From: Lama glama
Lineage: Eukaryota
Direction: 5' to 3'
Length of the DNA: 64,000 bases
NCBI GenBank assembly: GCA_028534125.1
Contig: CM052831.1
Span: forward strand, 23,808,001 to 23,872,000
Part shown: one piece after another, positions 45,601 to 57,600 of the stretch
Numbering within the stretch: position 1 is the stretch's first letter
Layout of the letters: the number at the start of each line of letters is the position of its first letter
Made by a program: the position numbers and the translations under genes
Notes under the pieces: generated by a model
What the model was told of the DNA's origin: nothing
The model's input: only the letters and a program-made list of their open reading frames with translations
Database searches by the model: none

Positions 45601-48600
45601 GTGGATGGTTGGAGTTTGAGAGACCTTGTCTGGGGTTCTACAGTCATGGCCCCTTTCCCATCTCTCTCCCCTCAGGGTGACCAAGGACTGAAAGGGGCTG
45701 TGGGTGAGACTGGGGAGAAGGTAAGTGAAGCCTTGGGGGCTCTCAGGGCCCTAGAGGGTCAGGGCCCAGATTCGGCTCTGACCCATTGTGTTCCAACAGG
45801 GCGAACGCGGATCCCCTGGCCCAGTGGGACCCCAGGTGAGCTATTGACCCCCATGCCAGTGCCATCTAACCTGGGTTGTATGCCCCCTCCTGGTTTTGAC
45901 TTGTCGCCCCTGACCTCCACTACCCCTGCCCCTCCACCCCATCTCACATGACTCCTAATCTCGCTGATGCAGGCTTTAACCCTCAACCCCAGGGAACCAT
46001 TTTTAGCTTTCTTACCCTGCTTAACCGACCTTGACTTCCACTGATCTGGTGTCTCTCCTCCTCTGAGTGTGACCCTTGCCAACCTAAATTCTGATCTTCT
46101 GTGATCCCCACCCCAGCCTCTAGCCCTTCAGCCATAATGCCCCTGCCCCTGCCCACCTGGATCAGCATTTCTGCTCCTCTTTCCCAGGGACCACCGGGAG
46201 TTGCTGGACGTCCTGGAGCTGAGGGTCCTGAAGTGAGTGTGTAACTGTGGTGGGACCAGGAGTGGGGCTTTCATGTGTCCCTCCCCTCCTGGGCTCACGC
46301 TTTCTCCATGTGCAGGGGCCACCAGGACCCACTGGCCACCGAGGAGAGAAGGTGGGTCATGGATGGGCTGGGGGTCTGTCCCCTCCAGTGCCAGGGTTTG
46401 TGGCAGATGGGGTACTAGGACCTTGGGTTTCTAGGTGTGTCCGTGACCACCCCTCCCCTCCCCGCTATCCTTTCTCCACAGGGGGAGCCTGGTCGCCCTG
46501 GAGACCCTGCAGTGGTGAGTGAAGGGAGGGTGGGGCTCTGAGTATAGCACAGCCCCTTGAGCCTTGACTTGTCTAGAAACCAGTGATCCAGGCTGTGACT
46601 CGATAACCTCGGGACCTGGACAGACTCAGAGCTCTGTGGCTCTCCTTATGCTATAACACGTCTTCCAACTCCTGGCTGCAATCCTGTGACCCCATGACCA
46701 CCGTACAGGTCGTAAGCCCTTTGTAATCCCTGCCCTCCTCCCAGCGGTGATCCTGTGACCTCTGAGCAGAGACTTCTAGTTCTGTATAACCCCAACCCTA
46801 ATCAAGGCTGTGGTACTATGATCCCTAGGGGGGACCAAGCCATGTCTCTCCTGTTTGTTTTCAGGGACCGATAGGTGCTGGAGCCAAAGGAGAGAAGGCA
46901 AGTCTGGCGAGAGTGAAGGGAGGCTGTTATAGGTTGAGCTCAAGGTCGTGGGGCCTACCTGGAGGCCCCTGGAGGTCATGAGGGTTATGGCATGATTGCT
47001 GGCTGGTGGGGGTCACAGAGCCTGGGGCTGACACTGATGGTCTTTGTCACCTCTAGGGAGATGTGGGGCCGGCTGGGCCCAAAGGAGCTACTGGAGTCAA
47101 AGGAGAGCGGGTGAGTGCAGGGAAGTGTTTAGGGGGTAGGGCAGGTGAAGGTTGTGTCTCCTGACCTCTGACCCCTCCTACCACAGGGCCCACCTGGCTT
47201 GGTTCTTCCTGGAGACCCTGGCCCCAAGGGAGACCCTGGAGACCGGGTGAGTAACAGTGGGGAAAGGGAGTGTGACAGAAGGAGATGAGGTGGTGTCTGA
47301 GACTAAGCCCTGTCCTCCCTCCCCATGCACTGCAGGGTCCCATCGGCCTCACTGGCAGAGCAGGACCCCCAGTGAGTACCTGTGATCTTGGGTAATATCA
47401 CGATTTCTGGGGTCATCTCCCCTCAAGGGCTGGCTGGATGTGCAGCTTCACTCTTGCCTCCTCCACAGGGTGACTCGGGGCCTCCTGGAGAGAAGGGAGA
47501 CCCTGGGCGGCCTGGTTCCTCAGGTCCTGTCGGCCCCCGAGGACGAGATGTAAGAGGACTGGACTGGGGGAGCTCTGGGGGATGGGGAGTAGGGTATTGC
47601 TGACATCATTCAGGGTTTGAGGACCAGGGCTGACTCTCATGTCTCACAGGGTGAAGTTGGAGAGAAAGGTGACGAGGGTCCCCCGGTGAGACTCCTTCCT
47701 GCTGTGGTTTCTGATCCTTTAAACCTTGAACTGTGATCCCAGTGGGCTGGGGGCTCCACCAGGTTGTCCAGTCCATCCTCCTGCCTCTTGTCCAGTTAAT
47801 GCCCAGGACCTTCTCTGCCGCCACTCCCTGAGTTAGCTTGAGACTAACTTGCTTGCTCAATGTGGCGTTCTCTCCATCACCAGGGTGACCCAGGTTTGCC
47901 TGGAAAAGCTGGCGAGCGTGGCCTTCGGGTGAGGCTTGGCAGGGAGAAGTAAGGGAAGTGATGGGAAACTCTGAGGGGAGAAAGGCTAATGGGAGAGTCT
48001 GGAGGGAGGTTGTGGTGATGGGAAACTCTGGCATGGGTTTCAGGGTGATGGAGAACCTGGGGCAGTATGGGGTGTCATGGGGGAATCTACAAAATGCTGA
48101 GAAGGTCTGTCTCAGAAGAGCTGCTCTTTTCAGGGGGCACCTGGAGCTCGGGGGCCTGTGGGTGAGAAGGGAGACCAGGGAGATCCTGGAGAGGATGGAC
48201 GAAATGTAAGTCCTGACCTCTGACCCCAACCTCAGCTTCAATCCCCAACCATCTGATTCCCAGCCCCTGAACCTGCCACCCAAGCCCTGCAATGCTAAAC
48301 CCTCACAGTTTTCATTTCCTGTGACCCCTTTGTCACAACCCCCAAAGGCCACCAGGATCCCCATGAGTCCTTAGGGTGAGTCCAAAGCTCCCCAAACTGT
48401 TGTTGCTTCTTCTTTGGGACCCTGACCCTCTGACTTTCTGCAGGGGAGTCCTGGACTACCTGGACCCAAGGGCGACCGTGGGGAGTCGGTGAGTAGTTCT
48501 GTGTTCCGGGCTTGGTAGGGATGGAAGATTTCCAGTGCCCGTCTGGTCAGCACTTCCATAAAGGGCCTGGAGGTCATGGTAGGGAGCCGCGGTGGCCACC

Positions 48601-51600
48601 TCCAGGCCTGACCTGCCTTCTGGGGTTGGCATTGTGGTGCTTCAGGGAATCTGGGAGCAGAGTTGAGACTGGGGCAAACCTGAGCTGTGTCCTGGGGCCT
48701 TTGAGCTCCTGTTGACTATGATTATTTCCTTCCCCAGGGTCCCCCAGGACCCCCTGGACGGCTGGTAAGGGTTGAGTGGATCTAATCCTCTGTCATCTCC
48801 CTCACCTGCCTGTGCTGGCTTTGCACAGTGTCCCCTTATCCCTTCCACTGTCTCCCTCCGACCTCTCCCTCTGCCCCCTGGTATCTTCATTGATCTTGCA
48901 GCTCTATCTCCTGTCCCTAGCCCACTTCCCCTAGTTAAATAATTCTTCTCACTCGCCATTCCCCCCACAGGTGGACACGGGACTTGGAGCCGGAGAGAAG
49001 GTATCAGGTTCTGGGGGTGGAGTGAAGTTGTGAGCCTAGGAAAAGCATCTCAGTGCCCCCACGACAGGTTCTACCTCGGGCATGCCTGTGGCCCCGGTGC
49101 TGTTCCCGCAACACACTTGTCTCTGCCACAGGGAGAGCCTGGGGACCGTGGACAGGAGGGTCCTCGAGGACCCAAGGGTGACCCCGGCCCCCCTGGAGCC
49201 TCTGGGGAGAGGGTGAGTGTGGCTGGTCCTGTTGGGGACGTGTGGGCCTGGGAACGCCTGCTCTGATTTCTTCCTCCCCATCTGCAGGGCATCAGTGGAC
49301 TTCGGGGGCCCCCAGGCCCACAGGTGAGTGACGCACTTTGCCCATCAGCCTAAGTCCCCATCTTCTCCTCACCTCTCACTGACCTTGTTCCCTTCAGGGG
49401 GACCCAGGTGTTCGAGGCCCAGTAGGAGAAAAGGTGAGAGAGCTGTGGAGCCCTGTTTTGGATGGTGAGCCTGGTCTCTCAGATCCAGCCCTTTGAAGCC
49501 TCTTACTATGCTTTTCCTCAGGGTGACCGAGGCCCCCCTGGCCTGGATGGCCGCAGTGGGCTGGATGGGAAACCAGGAGCCCCTGGCCCCCCTGGGCTGC
49601 AGGTGAATTGTGGTGGTCTCTACCTGGTCACATCCCTTCCCTTGTCCCTTTATATGAGCTCAGTCTCACCTGAGTCTTCTGGGTTTTTTTTTTTTTTCAA
49701 AGTTACTGTAGTGAATACTTCTTTTTTTTCTTTTTGGTGAGTGGGTAATTAGGTTTATTTATTTATTTTTTTAGAGGAGATACTGGGGATTGAACCTAGG
49801 ACCTTGTGCATGCTAAGCAAACGCTCTACCATTTGAGCTGTACCCTCCTCCCTGCTGGATCTTGATGAACTTTGGGGCCAGATGGGTTATGTGTCTCCCC
49901 CTAGTACCCCGCCTGGGTGGGGGATGTTACTGTCTGGCAAGTCTTGGGTTCACAGAAATTAGTGGCCCTGTCAGCAGGCAGTGCCCCTGACCCCATGACC
50001 AATGTGGACTCCCTGACTTTGAGTCTCTCCTCAGGGTGCTACGGGCAAGGCCGGGGACCCAGGGAGAGACGTAAGTAAGGGGAGATATTAGGATGGACGG
50101 TGGCTCAGGGGTCCAGCTAAACTGTAGCTGGTCGTCATAGTCACAGCGTCAGGGGGAGTTGGTCCAGCCCTGTCTTTGGGAGAGTCCCATTCCCTGCAGG
50201 CAGGTTTGATTGGAGTCCTGTTTGCTAACTGTCTCCGCCTTGGAGGCTTTAGTAGGCTCCTCAGATCCTCAGGTTCTTCCCTTGGGTGTTTCAGCAGGGG
50301 GCCCCAACCCATGGGATCTCAACCTTGGGGTCTCAGTGGCACCTCTTAATTCTGAGGGAGTCTCTACACCGGAGGAGGGTCTTAGTGAGATCCTCCAAAT
50401 CCATGGATGTGCCCAGGGGCTATCTCAGTGGCCTTCTCAATCCAGCAAAGATTTTTTCCAGGGACTTCCAGGCCTCCGAGGAGAACAGGGCCTCTCTGGC
50501 CCCCCTGGCCCCCCAGGAGCACCAGTGAGTCCCACTTTCATGGTACCCTTTTGCCCCCTTACTGCCCTCACCCCACCCTGTCTTCTCACCAATGATCTGT
50601 TCCCACAGGGAAAGCCAGGCGAGGATGGCAAGCCTGGCCTGAATGGGAAAAACGTGAGTGTCAGGATAGACATGGAGAGATGCAGACACACTGGTGTGAA
50701 GCCACATTCAGGGACACTGGAGACATGTTGACACATACACATCCCTACCCACACTCAGACACGTGCTATGATGCAGACCTGGGGCTGCATGTGGACCTCT
50801 GTAGAGACATGGTGAGGCACACATCCAAGGCTCTGACATGTGATACATGCAGAGACATACCAACAGGTGCATTTGTATCCACGGTCACTCATATACATAT
50901 GGCCACACATATTGAGATGCACACAGGACTCACAGATACCAAGACACACAGGCAATTCATAATTTTGCTTGGTCTGATGTGAGTCCTCTGCCTGCAGGGA
51001 GAACCTGGGGACCCTGGCGAAGACGGGAGGAAGGTAAAGCCCCTCGCTTGGAGTCTGCTCTGGCTCAGACTGGGGCCGTGTCTGAAGCACCCTTGTCTTC
51101 CTTAGGGAGAGAAGGGAGATTCGGGCCTCCCTGGGAGAGAAGTGAGTACTGGCATCTTCTGTAACCTCTGAACCATGACCCTGACCCTGTGACTCTGTGG
51201 CTCCACTCTTTTCTGGGGTCTCTGGGTCCTGATGCTGGCTGCATCTTCCACAGGGTCGTGATGGCCCCAAGGGTGAGCGTGGAGCTCCTGGCAGCCCTGG
51301 ACTCCAGGGCCCCCCAGGCCTTCCGGGGCAGGTCGGCCCTCCGGGCCAGGTGAGTGTCCAGGGTGGTTCCAGGAGGGGCTGTTATGTTGCCGTCAAATAC
51401 CTTCCTGGGACACCGTGATCCTGTGTGACCTCTGTGTTCTGTCGCATCTCAGGGCTTTCCTGGCATTCCGGGAAATTCAGGCCCCAAGGTGAGTGTGCAG
51501 ACACTGGGTTGTGGGTGTGGTGAGGGGCTTCCCAGGGTGGGGGCATTTTCCCCACTGGTCATTATTTGTTCTCAGGGTGACCGTGGGGAGACTGGACCCA

Positions 51601-54600
51601 AAGGAGAACAGGTGAGGCCCCCACCTTTTTCCCTTGTCCAGGTAACCCTAGCACCCACATATGCACACACATGCCCACAAACTGGGTCCAGCAGCTTACC
51701 TCTCAATGTCTCCAGGGCCTCCCTGGAGAGCGTGGTCTGAGAGGAGAGCCTGGGAGCCCGCCGGTGAGTGCAGCTGGGGACCTGGTCCTTGACTGTTATT
51801 TGCGTGCCTATAGGGGCCACCTCTGTCCTCTTCCACTTGCCATGAGGCCCCACGGGTTCTGCCCTGTGTGCTTGGTCCCCTGCCCTGTTGGGATTCCTGT
51901 AGCCTACACCGAGGGGAACCTGGGCCCTGGGGACATGCCAAGGAAGGGCTTCCAGTGGACTTGAGCTCCTTCACCTGGGGGCTAAAAGGTCCTCTGGGCA
52001 AGAGGCCTGGGGAAGAGAGCATGGAGGCTGTTTTGGGGGGGCAGTGTTGGGTCTCCTCCTTTGCTGGCAGCCCCTCACCCAGTCTGTGTCCCCAGAATGT
52101 GGAGCGATTGCTGGAAAATATTGGCATCAAGGTAGGTTGTTTGGGGACTCAGCGGGGGGCTGATGGGAGCCCCATGGGGCAAATTATGCCCACAGGGCCA
52201 GGCCAGCACATGGGTGGCTGCAGTAATGGGTGTGTTCTTCTGACCCCTCACTGTCACTCAGACGTCTGCACTGCGGGAAATTGTGGAGACCTGGGATGAG
52301 AGCTCTGGCAGCTTCCTGCCTGTGCCTGAACGGCGTCGTGGCCCCAAGGGGGACCCAGGGGAACGGGGCCCCCCAGGCAAGGAGGTGTGTGTTGGCTGCT
52401 TCCTGGGGGTGTCCTGCGAAGGATGTGGTTGACGAACCACCAGCATTAACTCTTCTCCTCCAGGGCCCCATTGGCTTTTCTGGAGACCGCGGGCCAAAGG
52501 GAGATCGTGGAGACCCTGGCCCTCAGGGGCCACCTGGCCTGTCCCTTGGGGAGAGGGGTCCCCCTGGACCTCCTGGCCTTGCCGGGGAGCCTGGGAAGCC
52601 TGGTATTCCTGGGCTCCCAGGCCGGGCTGGGAGTGTGGGAGAGGCAGGAAGACCAGGAGAGAGGGTGAGCCTGGGGGCTGCCTGGGGTGGCCGGGGATAT
52701 GGGTCAGGAAGGAGCGGGACTCCCCATGGGCATAGCCTCCACCCTGTTATTTGCACTTCAGGGAGAACGGGGAGAGAAAGGAGAACGTGGAGAACAGGTG
52801 AGCTGGGGGCCTTCATAGGGAGGGATTGCCTGTGGGCTGTGCAGGGACAGCCACCCATTTCCTCCTTTTGTGCAGGGCAGAGACGGCCCTCCTGGCCTCC
52901 CTGGACCCCCCGGGCCCCCTGGCCCCAAGGTGATCACCTCAGCCCTGCCCTAGGCCTTTGGCTGCTGTCCCCAAGACACCACCATTGGCTTGGACTGCAG
53001 AAACTCCATGTGGTGACTCTGACTCCATAACCCTCTGGGACATTGTGAACTGGGATGACCCCTCCAGGTCTCTGTGGCAGACACATCTCTTCCCTGTGAC
53101 TTTCTGCTTATAGGTGACCATGGACGAGGCAGGTTCTGGACTCCCTAGAGAACAAGGACCCCCTGGGCTCAAGGGCGCTAAGGTCAGTGTGTGGGATCAA
53201 TCTCGGGGTCACCCCCTACTGGGGTACCAAGGCCCAGCTTGATGTGTCATCTCCACAGGGGGAGCCAGGCAGTGAAGGTGACCGAGGCCCCAAAGGAGAC
53301 AGGGTGAGACCTCCCATCCCACCACGTTTCCCCTCCTCTGCGGGGGCATGGCAGGTTGGCATGTACGTGGGCACGTGGCAATGATGGAGGCTCAGGGCAC
53401 GATACTCTGCTTGCAGGGTGTGCCAGGCATCAAGGGAGACCGGGGAGAGCCTGGACAGAGGGGTCAGGATGGCAGCCCGGTGAGTCCTCTCCTCAGGGAC
53501 CACACATGTGCAGGCACATGGCTCTTACTTGTGTTGCCTGGACTGGAGTCTGCCCTGCCTGGGACTGTCCCAGGGAAGCCAGGATGGGGAAATGAGGACA
53601 GTGTGGCCTTAAATGTGTTCTCTCTAGGGTCTACCAGGAGAGCGTGGTGTGGCTGGGCCTGAAGGGAAGCCGGTGAGTGGTGGCAGGAACAGCCTGGCCC
53701 AAGCTCTGGGAAACAGCCACCCTCTGCTGTGTGCTGGCTGCTGTGTGCACACATCACAAGTGACCAGTGATGGGGGTGTGGTGCCTGGGTGCCGGGTGTG
53801 AGTGCAGATGCATGATAGATGTGTGTGCACAGGCCTGTGTGTGTTATTCATCGGAGCGGTCCACCGGTACAGAGTGACTTGTGCCTGGGAGAGGTGGAAG
53901 TGCAGAAGTGGAAGCCCAGAGAGGTGGGGTGGCAGAAGTGGGTGCCCCAAGCAAAGGCTTCCAGAGGACAGCAACAGGCCCAAGTGAACCCACTGAGTCT
54001 CAGCAGCCCCTTTCTCTATCCAGGGTCCTCAAGGTCTGAGGGGAACCCCTGGCCCAGTGGTGAGTATCCCAGAATCTTTACCCCAGTGCCCAACCCCTAC
54101 AATGGGCAGTACTGCCTACATTTCCTCGGTGGGGTGGGACTGGCTCCCCCTCATCTGGCTCTTCCTGCCTCCCACAGGGTGGCCACGGAGACCCTGGACC
54201 GCCTGGTGCCCCGGTGAGTGATGGGGAAGCACCGCTAGGTGGGGTGGGACAGATATTGGTCCCCACTGTTGAACCAGGCCTTGTTTAAGTTAGTTCCAGA
54301 GTCCACATGGATAACTCTGACCCCTGTTCCCTGCCCTTGACACTTTTTTCTAGGGTCTTGCTGGCCCGTCAGGACCCCAGGGACCTTCTGGCCTAAAGGT
54401 GAGTATAGACATGTGTGGGTGTGTGTCTGGAAGGAGGAGGCAGCTTAGAGCAGCCTGTCTGCGCCAGGATAACACCTGCCTACCTCTGGAGATGTCATTG
54501 CCCTGCAGTGTGCATATGCACCAAAGTGCCCCTTTCAATGTGAGCTCCGCTTTGGACGGGGCCTGAGGAGCCTCTCGTCCGTCTGTGGGGTCATTCAGTC

Positions 54601-57600
54601 TCTGGGTTTTCGGCAGGGGGAGCCCGGAGAGACAGGCCCACCAGGACGCGTAAGTGGCCCAGTCCTTGGGGTAGTCATGAGGGAATGGGGGGGGAGTTGG
54701 CAGTGCCCTGAACTTTTGCTTCCCCCAGGGCCTGCCTGGACCAACTGGACCTGTGGGACTTCCTGGCCCCCCTGGTCCTTCAGGCCTTGTGGTGAGTGAG
54801 GCCCCTGCAGGGACATATCCCTTCCCTCTGGGTCCCATGCTCTCCATGTCCCTCTCACATCTGACTTGTTTCCTTCAGGGTCCTCAAGGGGCACCAGGTT
54901 TGCCTGGACAAGTGGTGAGTCCTGGGGCTGGGGGTCAGAGCTGGACTCTAGAGGTCAGGGTCAGCGGGCAGGCCCTTGACAGAGCTCTCCCCTCTCAGGG
55001 GGAGACAGGGAAGCCGGGAGCGCCAGGTCGTGACGGTGTCAGTGGAAAAGATGGAGACAGAGGAGCCCCTGGTGTGCCGGTGTGTGTTCTGGGGGGAGCA
55101 GGCCTGTGATGGGGCCCTGTGCCCAGCCATGTGCCTGGAGGAAGAAGAAGGCCAGGGCAGAGTGGTGGAGAGGCACTGAGTTCCACCCACCATTCTGTCA
55201 TAGGGGTCCCCAGGTCTGCCTGGCCCTGTCGGACCTAAAGGAGAGTCTGGACCCATGGGGACCCCTGGACAGGTGATTTTTAATCCTGACCCCCACCTTC
55301 TGCAGCAGCTTCTTAGCCCCACACCCCCAGCCTAGTTTGGGGCTTCCATCAGGATGGCAGGGTTGGGGTGCGGAGAAGGTGAGAGGCCCAGTGACCCACC
55401 AGGTGTTCCCCACAGGCTGTGGTCGGGCCCCCTGGAGCAAAGGGAGAGAAGGTGAGTGTATGGGAGGCCGGGGGTAGGGGCAAGTAGTTGGGGCTGAGGA
55501 ATCCCACTGACCCCTCTCCCTTGTCAGGGAGCTCCTGGAGGCCTTGCTGGAGACCTGGTGGGAGAGCCGGTGAGTGTGGACCCTCCACAGTGTAGCTCAC
55601 CCACCCCTGAGACCCTCACCTTCCATAATACAACCCACATTTGACTGGGGCCTCATGCTCCCTCTTTGGGTCTCACCATCTGTGACCCTGACACCCACAT
55701 TGCCCTCTGACCTCTGTCTCCACAGGGAGCCAAAGGTGACCGAGGACTGCCAGGGCCTCGGGGTGAGAAGGTGAGGTGGGACCTGGCCCCAGAGCCTGAG
55801 CACTGGGCTACAGTTGAGTGACCGGACAGCCTCATCACCCTTTCTCTGCAGGGTGAAGCCGGCCGTGTGGGAGAGCCTGGAGACCCTGGTGAAGATGTGA
55901 GTCTGGAGTCTGGGCGAGTCTTAGTCTGGCTTGAGGAGTGTGGTCGTGGATGTGAGGGACCATTCCTGGGCCTGTCTCAGTTCCTGTTCTTGTCTGCGTT
56001 CCTGTATAGCTGCACTCATGTCCTTGGTCACATATGTCTGTGGTCACCTCTGAGCTTCCCTCTGTGCTCTCAGGAGTCTGTGGTCACCTCTGGGCTCTCC
56101 AGGAATGTTTTTGGGCTACACCTAAGCTCTGGGTTCATGTTCCTACTCTCTCAAGCGCGGTTTATGTTGTTTTTTCAGGGTCAGAAAGGGGCTCCAGGAC
56201 CCAAAGGTCAAAAGGTACGTGTGCCCTAAAGCATCCCTGCTGGGAGTCATGGTCCTGAGACTCCCTGAGCCTAATCTGATCCCTCTTTCCCTTGAAGGGT
56301 GACCCAGGAGTTGCAGTCCAGGGGCCCCCTGGACCAGTTGGTCCTCCAGGTCTGAAGGTAAGTCAATGCCCTATTACTAGTGGTAGAGGGAGCAGCTTGG
56401 GGGGTAACCCTGGAGGTGAGAGGAAGAGGATATTCTGGGGCTAGGCCTGGGAAAGGGTCCTGCTGGGGCCACTCCTCCCTTTGCTATCTCTGTTCCAGGG
56501 AGACTTAGGCCCCCCTGGACCTCCTGGTGCTCCTGGGATTGTGGGATTCCCTGGTCAGACAGGCCCTCGAGGAGAAATGGGTCAGCCGGGCCCCAGCGGA
56601 GAGCGGGTAAGGGTGCTAGGGCACATGTGGGGACTTGGTGATTTCAGGACCTCTGGCTCTGGTCCAGGTGAGGAGGAGAAGGGGGCCCAGGCCTGGCTTC
56701 GGGGCTCCTAGTCTTGGGGGAACAGCAGGGGAGAAAGGTTCCCAAGTCACCCTTTGCCTGTCATCTCATTTTTCCGGTAGGGTCTGGCAGGCCTCCCAGG
56801 GAGAGAGGGAGCCCCAGGCCCCTCAGGGCCACCTGGACCACCAGGGTCAGCGGTGAGTAGAAATGCACCAGTGCCCATCTCTGATTCCTGTGTGTTGGAG
56901 TTTGTCCATGTGGGGGTTTATGTGTAGCTGGGTGTGTGTGTGCCTTTGAGGGACACAGGACCCTCACCTCTTTCTGCCCACAGGGAGCACTTGGCGCCCC
57001 TGGACTCAAAGGAGACAAGGTAGATGGAACAATGCTATTGGCTCTCTCCTGTACCCCTGTCACCCTCTCCAGCCTCCACTGACCTCCATCACCCCACCTC
57101 CAACCTCCACCAACCTCCCATGACCCTCTGTCCCCCACCGCTTCCCCTCACTGATCCCCTGTGTCCTGTTGATCTCCAGGGAGACCCTGGAGCAGGGCTG
57201 CCCGGGGCCCGAGGCGAGCGTGGGGAGCCAGGTGTCCGGGTGCGTATGTTCTGCTCTGCCACCAGGGCCATTGCTGGGAGCCACCTCAGGGCTCCCTTCA
57301 TCAAGGCTCTTGCCTCTGAGTTCCAACTTCTGAGTCACTGAACCTAATGTCATCATCCAGGGTGAAGATGGCCGCCCTGGCCTGGAGGGACCACGAGGAC
57401 TCCTGGTGGGTCCCCTTGGGGAAAGTGCTGTGGGTGTGACTCAGCTCAGTCCCCTACCTGTGCCCTCTGTGCCCTCAGGACATTCTGCAGCCTTCCACAT
57501 CCTTCTGGTTTTTGTCTGCTCACTGGTCTTTGTCTCTACTGTTCCCCCAGTCCCCATTGGTCCTCCCCTGCCCCCTGAGCTGTCTCTGTGCTAGTCCCCC

